A DNA stretch of 63,221 bases, the filler included, from an uncultured bacterium (GTDB lineage Bacteria; JAGOEH01), in the NCBI GenBank assembly GCA_964632485.1. It is 4 parts of 4 records of this genome, joined end to end, with 100 filler letters (N's around TTAATTAATTAA, not from the genome) between each part and the next. Parts side by side here need not be neighbours in the genome. Positions count along the whole stretch, not along the records: positions 50,192 to 63,221 come from CAZWDO010000043.1; 3 more parts are not named here. One strand, 5' to 3'. Numbering within the stretch: the first letter of the stretch is position 1; the number at the start of each line of letters is the position of its first letter. The notes beneath the pieces are model-generated. The model was not told where the DNA came from. It saw nothing but the letters and a program-made list of their open reading frames with translations, and did not search any database. Below are positions 58,517-63,221 of the stretch, one piece after another. The translations under genes were made by a program, and so were the position numbers.

Positions 58517-61489
58517 CTATTTTAACAAAATCATTTTTTTTATGATACAGCAGTTAGCAGCAGTTAATTGATAAAAATACACGCCACTCGTCAATTTGGA
58601 TGCGTCAAATTCAACTTTGTAGAAACCGGGGTTTTGCTCGTGGTTCACTATAGTAGTGATTTCTCTACCGAGAACATCAAATATTTTTAATAATGTTTTA
58701 CCAGTAACTGGCAACTGATAACTGATAACAGTAGTTGAATGAAATGGATTCGGGTAATTCTGCGAAAGAGTAAAATCAAACAAAAAATCCTCATCGGTTT
58801 TAACATCCGTCACAAAATTCCCTGAAATTTTATAAAATATTTCGTTCCCTGTTTTGGTTATTCGTATCCATCCGCTATCGGGATTTGTAATTAATGCCAG
58901 GGTGTGTAAGTAGAGTCCTTCAACGAGTAGGTTAGCAATATCGATCTGCCATGGAATTTCACTCGGGTTAATATCGACGTATGATTGATTCCCGATCAAG
59001 GCTAATAACAGACAATCCGGGTGTTTTTTAAGCAGAACAGTTCCGCTGGTTTTTATTCCTCTCAACTCAGACTCATTCCCGTAAGGATTGATAAATATTC
59101 TGTCTTCTAATTCAGCGGCGGCCACTATTCCTTGATTGGTTTTGATCCGATATACTTTATTAATACCGTCCGAAGCATAAAATCCTTTTGAAGAAAGAAC
59201 GAATTCATCGAATATGAAATCATTATTAGAAAAGTTTGCGGTGACCTTCCACCCGTTATCAAACGTTGTTTGCTGAATTTTTTTATCAGATGAAATAAAC
59301 AGATGATTTCTCATTTTCGAAAATCCGCAGCAACGGAACACGGAAGAAACGAGGTTCATACTTGTAATGAATTTTTCTTTGTACTGATGCCAGTATAGTT
59401 GCGAAGGCGGCATAACCAGCGGCATCGAAGAATAAAGTATGTTAAACAGGTCTTTATCGTCCCAGTAATCCGGCGCCTTTGAGACGCCGTCGCCGGTGTA
59501 CCATGTGGCAACATGGACATCGTGATAAACTAAACCATGCAGCGGGATGCGCCGCGCCGGATTCATATTATAATTGATGAACTGATCTCCGGGAACTTCA
59601 TTCGGCGTCATCCAATCGTAGCCGGCATTTTTGGAAGGCATGATTGACATAGTACCTTCACCGAAATCTACAACAGGAAAGGCAAAGTCACGGGCTTCCT
59701 CGCTTCCTGCGACAAGATTGAATTCGTTCTTCACCACGTCCATTAGATTTTTTCTGTTCTGCCCATCATCTTTTCTTGTTGTCGGATGAACGGTTGAATA
59801 ACATTCCAGCAACTGCGATGCGAGTTCAACATCAATGAAACGACAGTTGTAATGTTTCGTTGTCAATTCCTCCCCAATCCATCTCCGCGCATAATTTACA
59901 TGGGTCGATGAACAAGAGTAGTAACCCTGGAACGGAGAACCGTCATCCAGATATGCGAGCCATCCTGGCTGGAGTGAACCATCTTCCCGCGCTACGACAT
60001 CCTGGGGATATCCTTCCGCGCGATACCAGTATAACTCGGGATGGGTGGGCGGCCATACATCGGTATAAATATCATAACGACTCGAAAGCAGCCCTCGATT
60101 GTTTATGGTATCAATCACTTCAGCCAAATCTTCGTTATTGTACCATCCGCCGCCAAGAGAAATAATTGCTTTATCAACCCCGAAGTTCACCAGAGAGTCG
60201 ATAAACTCCGGCTGTTTAAAATTTCCGTCGAGCGCCCAGAAATCGACTGCGCCTTCCAGCTTTTCAATATTGGGATTTTCAGTATTCTTCTCCTCAAAAG
60301 TTTTCACATAGCCTAATTGTTCAACATGAGCGCGATACCAATTTGCCATTTCAAGATACCCGCGGGTATCAATAAACACAAAATAAAACTTTCTGTTGTA
60401 TCCGAACCTGCCTTTACTGGGCTGATGAATTAATTGAATAGCAGAATTGGTATCATCGCCGGGTTTATCGAATCGGATTACAGTATCCCATGGATCATCG
60501 GATACAATCAAGTAACCGGAATTCAAATCGGTAACGCCTGCAAATGCCATCGTTGCTTTCCAATCGTAAAGTCCGAAATCCCAAAACGGAAATTCTTCTT
60601 CCACGGGGAGAATCATTCCACTGGCCCACGGAATAATTAAATACTCGCCGGGTTTACTTTTAATATATCCAGGGAATTGAATTTCATCCCTCAACTCCGC
60701 CTCATGATCGGCGGATAATTCAAATGATAAACTATTCCCATTCAGTTTTATTGAAATTGACATTTCGATATCATACGAAATCAAGTTGCATAAAAAAGTT
60801 AGTGAGTTTTCCGCGGAATCGACACCAATCAGGCTGAACAAATTACCAGGCTGAATTAAAAATGAGTTGGCATCTCGTTTATCATAAATATTTATAGAAA
60901 AAGACGGAACCATTATTTCAACCGCGAATTGTTCGTTCGCAAGAAAATAGGATTGATTTTCTCCAATGGCGCCGATTAATTTAAATTCAACATCATCAAT
61001 AAAAATATCACATGAATCGCCGCCGATAAATCGGGGCCAGCAATAAACAGTTCCTTCCGGCGCGGCAAATCGTGTCGTAAATTTTTGATATTCACCTCCG
61101 GTCAAAACCAACGATGCCGCCCCATAACTCCAATCAATCGCCTTACCGTTTTCGTCAAACAGCGCAACTGACAATACAGCCCAATCGCTAATTTGAGCAG
61201 CATTCACCCATGCCGAAAATTCATATATTTCGCCGGGATTTACTTTCATATTTACCGAATGTTTAAATGACCAATCTTCAGGTCCCCAGTGATTGATTTG
61301 AACCGCCTGGGTACCCGAATGAACTGAAGAGCTGACAACTGATGCGAAACCGGAATTCGGTGTACGCGTCCATAAGCCATCCCAGTTAGCCATTCCGCTT
61401 TCAAATCCCGGATTAGTCAATAAATTTTGCGCAAATTGAATGCCGCAAAACATCAGCATAAAAAAGAGGATTACTTTTATGATTCTCAT
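58517..61489 (-). CDS. Secreted glycoside hydrolase (GH101/GH129-like) with CBM4/9-like module and type A T9SS CTD
   Basis: Signal peptide; NLLTNPGFESG..FIDDV CBM; RFIDVELA and GSEE catalytic-type motifs; CTD LSQNYPNPF..IFDVLGREI..SGVYFYQL..KKMILLK. Confidence 0.8.
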   Translation of the reverse strand: MRIIKVILFFMLMFCGIQFAQNLLTNPGFESGMANWDGLWTRTPNSGFASVVSSSVHSGTQAVQINHWGPEDWSFKHSVNMKVNPGEIYEFSAWVNAAQISDWAVLSVALFDENGKAIDWSYGAASLVLTGGEYQKFTTRFAAPEGTVYCWPRFIGGDSCDIFIDDVEFKLIGAIGENQSYFLANEQFAVEIMVPSFSINIYDKRDANSFLIQPGNLFSLIGVDSAENSLTFLCNLISYDIEMSISIKLNGNSLSFELSADHEAELRDEIQFPGYIKSKPGEYLIIPWASGMILPVEEEFPFWDFGLYDWKATMAFAGVTDLNSGYLIVSDDPWDTVIRFDKPGDDTNSAIQLIHQPSKGRFGYNRKFYFVFIDTRGYLEMANWYRAHVEQLGYVKTFEEKNTENPNIEKLEGAVDFWALDGNFKQPEFIDSLVNFGVDKAIISLGGGWYNNEDLAEVIDTINNRGLLSSRYDIYTDVWPPTHPELYWYRAEGYPQDVVAREDGSLQPGWLAYLDDGSPFQGYYSCSSTHVNYARRWIGEELTTKHYNCRFIDVELASQLLECYSTVHPTTRKDDGQNRKNLMDVVKNEFNLVAGSEEARDFAFPVVDFGEGTMSIMPSKNAGYDWMTPNEVPGDQFINYNMNPARRIPLHGLVYHDVHVATWYTGDGVSKAPDYWDDKDLFNILYSSMPLVMPPSQLYWHQYKEKFITSMNLVSSVFRCCGFSKMRNHLFISSDKKIQQTTFDNGWKVTANFSNNDFIFDEFVLSSKGFYASDGINKVYRIKTNQGIVAAAELEDRIFINPYGNESELRGIKTSGTVLLKKHPDCLLLALIGNQSYVDINPSEIPWQIDIANLLVEGLYLHTLALITNPDSGWIRITKTGNEIFYKISGNFVTDVKTDEDFLFDFTLSQNYPNPFHSTTVISYQLPVTGKTLLKIFDVLGREITTIVNHEQNPGFYKVEFDASKLTSGVYFYQLTAANCCIIKKMILLK

Positions 61490-61594
61490 GATTTTATTGC
61501 GCTCAGGTTTAATGATAGAAAACGATTACGCGCTGTCGAGGGTATTATAGCAATTTTAGTTGTAAATATCAAGAATAAAATAAAAATTTTTTAA

Positions 61595-62190
61595 CCCAAC
61601 TTTCGTATTTTAGAAAAAACAGGATTGAATAGCAACCACTTACTTCATTAGACACTACACAACTTCCCCTATACTTTCAATTTTCGTTTCGGTAGTTTCG
61701 AGGTATCGATTTTTAATTTCTCATAAATATTTCTATGAACATGTTCCGGAATTCCGGGTTTTCTCAAATGAAGTGTCTGCCCATCTGCCAAAGGTAAATG
61801 AATAGAAACATAGGTATGATTGCTCAACAATTCATTGATCCTGGACCAACTGGTATGGCAACCCTGATTCCGCAGGGTATATTCAATCGTATGCAGTAAA
61901 TGATATGCGAGGATTGAAATAAAGATATGGCCATCCACCCGGTGTTCTTTCTGGTGATAATTCGGACGCAATCCCAAATCGCTCTTGAGATTTCTAAACG
62001 CATTTTCCACCCGTGTCAGCATGATATACAATCGCCATATTTCTTCATCATCCAAATCTGTTCGATTGGTTTTCAACAGATAGCATCCATCGGTTTGACA
62101 CAATGCATCTCGTTTTTCGCTTTGCGGCGAAACTTCCAGCGACGGCGCTGTGATGCTCCATTCAATCTGTTCCTGCATTTGCAATGGATA
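61595..62190 (-). mobile_element. IS1634-family transposase 3' fragment with terminal repeat
   Basis: DGCYLLKTN, LTRVENAFRNLKSDLGLRPNYHQKEHRVDGHIFISILAYHL; end CCCAACTTTCG at 61595. Confidence 0.85.
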
Positions 62191-62985
62191 GCGGGTGCGG
62201 GCATTACCTTTCCTGGACTGTTTCCAATAAAACCGCTGTCTGCCCAAATTCCACGCGCCAAATATCGTGCAGCTTTCTCGCCGGCTGGGTGCGCAAATCT
62301 TCCGGCGGCCACTTTTTTTTTTGCCAACTGCGACTGATATACGGTTCGGTCGAAAAATAGCTCTCGTCCAAGGCGAATATCTCCGCTTGGCCTTCCGCCA
62401 CAAAAGCGCGAATCTCATCGATGATTTCCAGTACCCGTCGCTGCTTTTCCTCCCGGCTGGGAGCATGGGACGAAACCCCTTTACTCGAGCGACGGTAGCT
62501 GTAGTCCGCATCTTTCAACGCCCGCTGAACCGTATCTTCGCTCACTCGATTCCCTGTGCGCCGGGCATACTGTTCAATCAGCAGATTCACTGTCCACTCC
62601 TTTTCGGCAAACCCATACACAGATGGATCGCTCTGCAACCATTCGGTTAATACGGGTATCAGTTGGCTCTGACGCTGATTAGGACGACCGGGCGAATAGC
62701 AACGGTTCAATCCGTTCATCCGTTTGTCGTTAAACCTTTTTAACCAGTAGCGAACCGTATGAGGATGCCGCTTAAGCTGTTCGGAAATGGCTTTCACGCT
62801 CTTTCCTTCACCGCTCAACAAAACCATTAAGGCTTTTTCGGAAACCTCTTTTAATGTTTGATTTCTCATTTTAGTCAACTCAGCTTTTTCCTCATCCGAT
62901 AATTGAACATTGATCATAACCTATCCTTTCATGGTTAACATTCACTAACCATGAAGATATTCATACTTCAACCCAAAATCAAGTA
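62190..62985 (-). mobile_element. IS630-family element, 5' part (ORF 62917-62204, frameshift at A10, truncated DDE domain)
   Basis: HTH with TVRYWLKRFN..SPGRP, EWTV..L, YSYRR, ALDESYF first Asp; continues in +1 frame as TIFGAWNL; TA at 62984-62985 is the likely left boundary. Confidence 0.85.
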
Positions 62986-63221
62986 GTTTTTACAAATATT
63001 TTTGCGGTTATGTTTACCGGCGTGAAGAACTCGCCTCCGTCATGATTTTTCTGATCGGCGGACTGAGCCTTGGGCTGTAAAAAATTGCCCCCTTTGCAAG
63101 AAATCTTCTTTGGCTGGCGGACGCATCTTGCCGCCTCCGGGCAGATTGGCCTCAATTCTTCATTCTTCATTGTAAACTGTGTTTTTCCCAAATGAATTCC
63201 GCGATATTCCTCTCCTCGCTG

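Noticed and set aside
1..63221. CRISPR array, rRNA, riboswitch, reverse transcriptase or DGR template repeat
   Set aside because: None recognised by eye on either strand; a covariance-model scan was not possible.

Overview
This window is not one locus. It is four assembly contigs joined by 100-bp artificial linkers (N44-TTAATTAATTAA-N44 at 17184-17283, 34048-34147 and 50092-50191), so gene neighbourhood has meaning only within a segment. The gene content (type IX secretion-style C-terminal domains, a PorV/PorP-like barrel, FISUMP proteins, yajC-def-fmt) suggests an FCB-superphylum bacterium outside the classical Bacteroidia, probably a MAG; this is inference. Segment 1: housekeeping genes (yajC, def, fmt, tRNA-Glu, tex, M16 peptidase, tpx), an ECF sigma/anti-sigma/DUF4097 operon, a Tsp45I-like R-M pair whose endonuclease has an internal deletion, and a decayed metal-uptake locus with a CruR/DUF2946-like leader peptide. 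Segment 2: R-M and ExbD remnants, a type-B-CTD adhesin/PorV-like/OmpA-CARDB operon, and a tRNA-Thr-targeted integrative region (integrase, att half-tRNA, primase-helicase module). Segment 3: an arsR-P-E-F-G-C cluster, a CocE hydrolase operon, a GNAT and a c-di-GMP/two-component cluster. Segment 4: an hsdR tail with an attC-like palindrome, a FISUMP lipoprotein whose C-terminus looks like a DGR variable region, a serine hydrolase, an actin-fragmin-kinase-like orphan, RsbW-GNAT/STAS, a secreted glycoside hydrolase and an IS630/IS1634 chimera. All family calls come from motif recognition by eye; no database searches were run.
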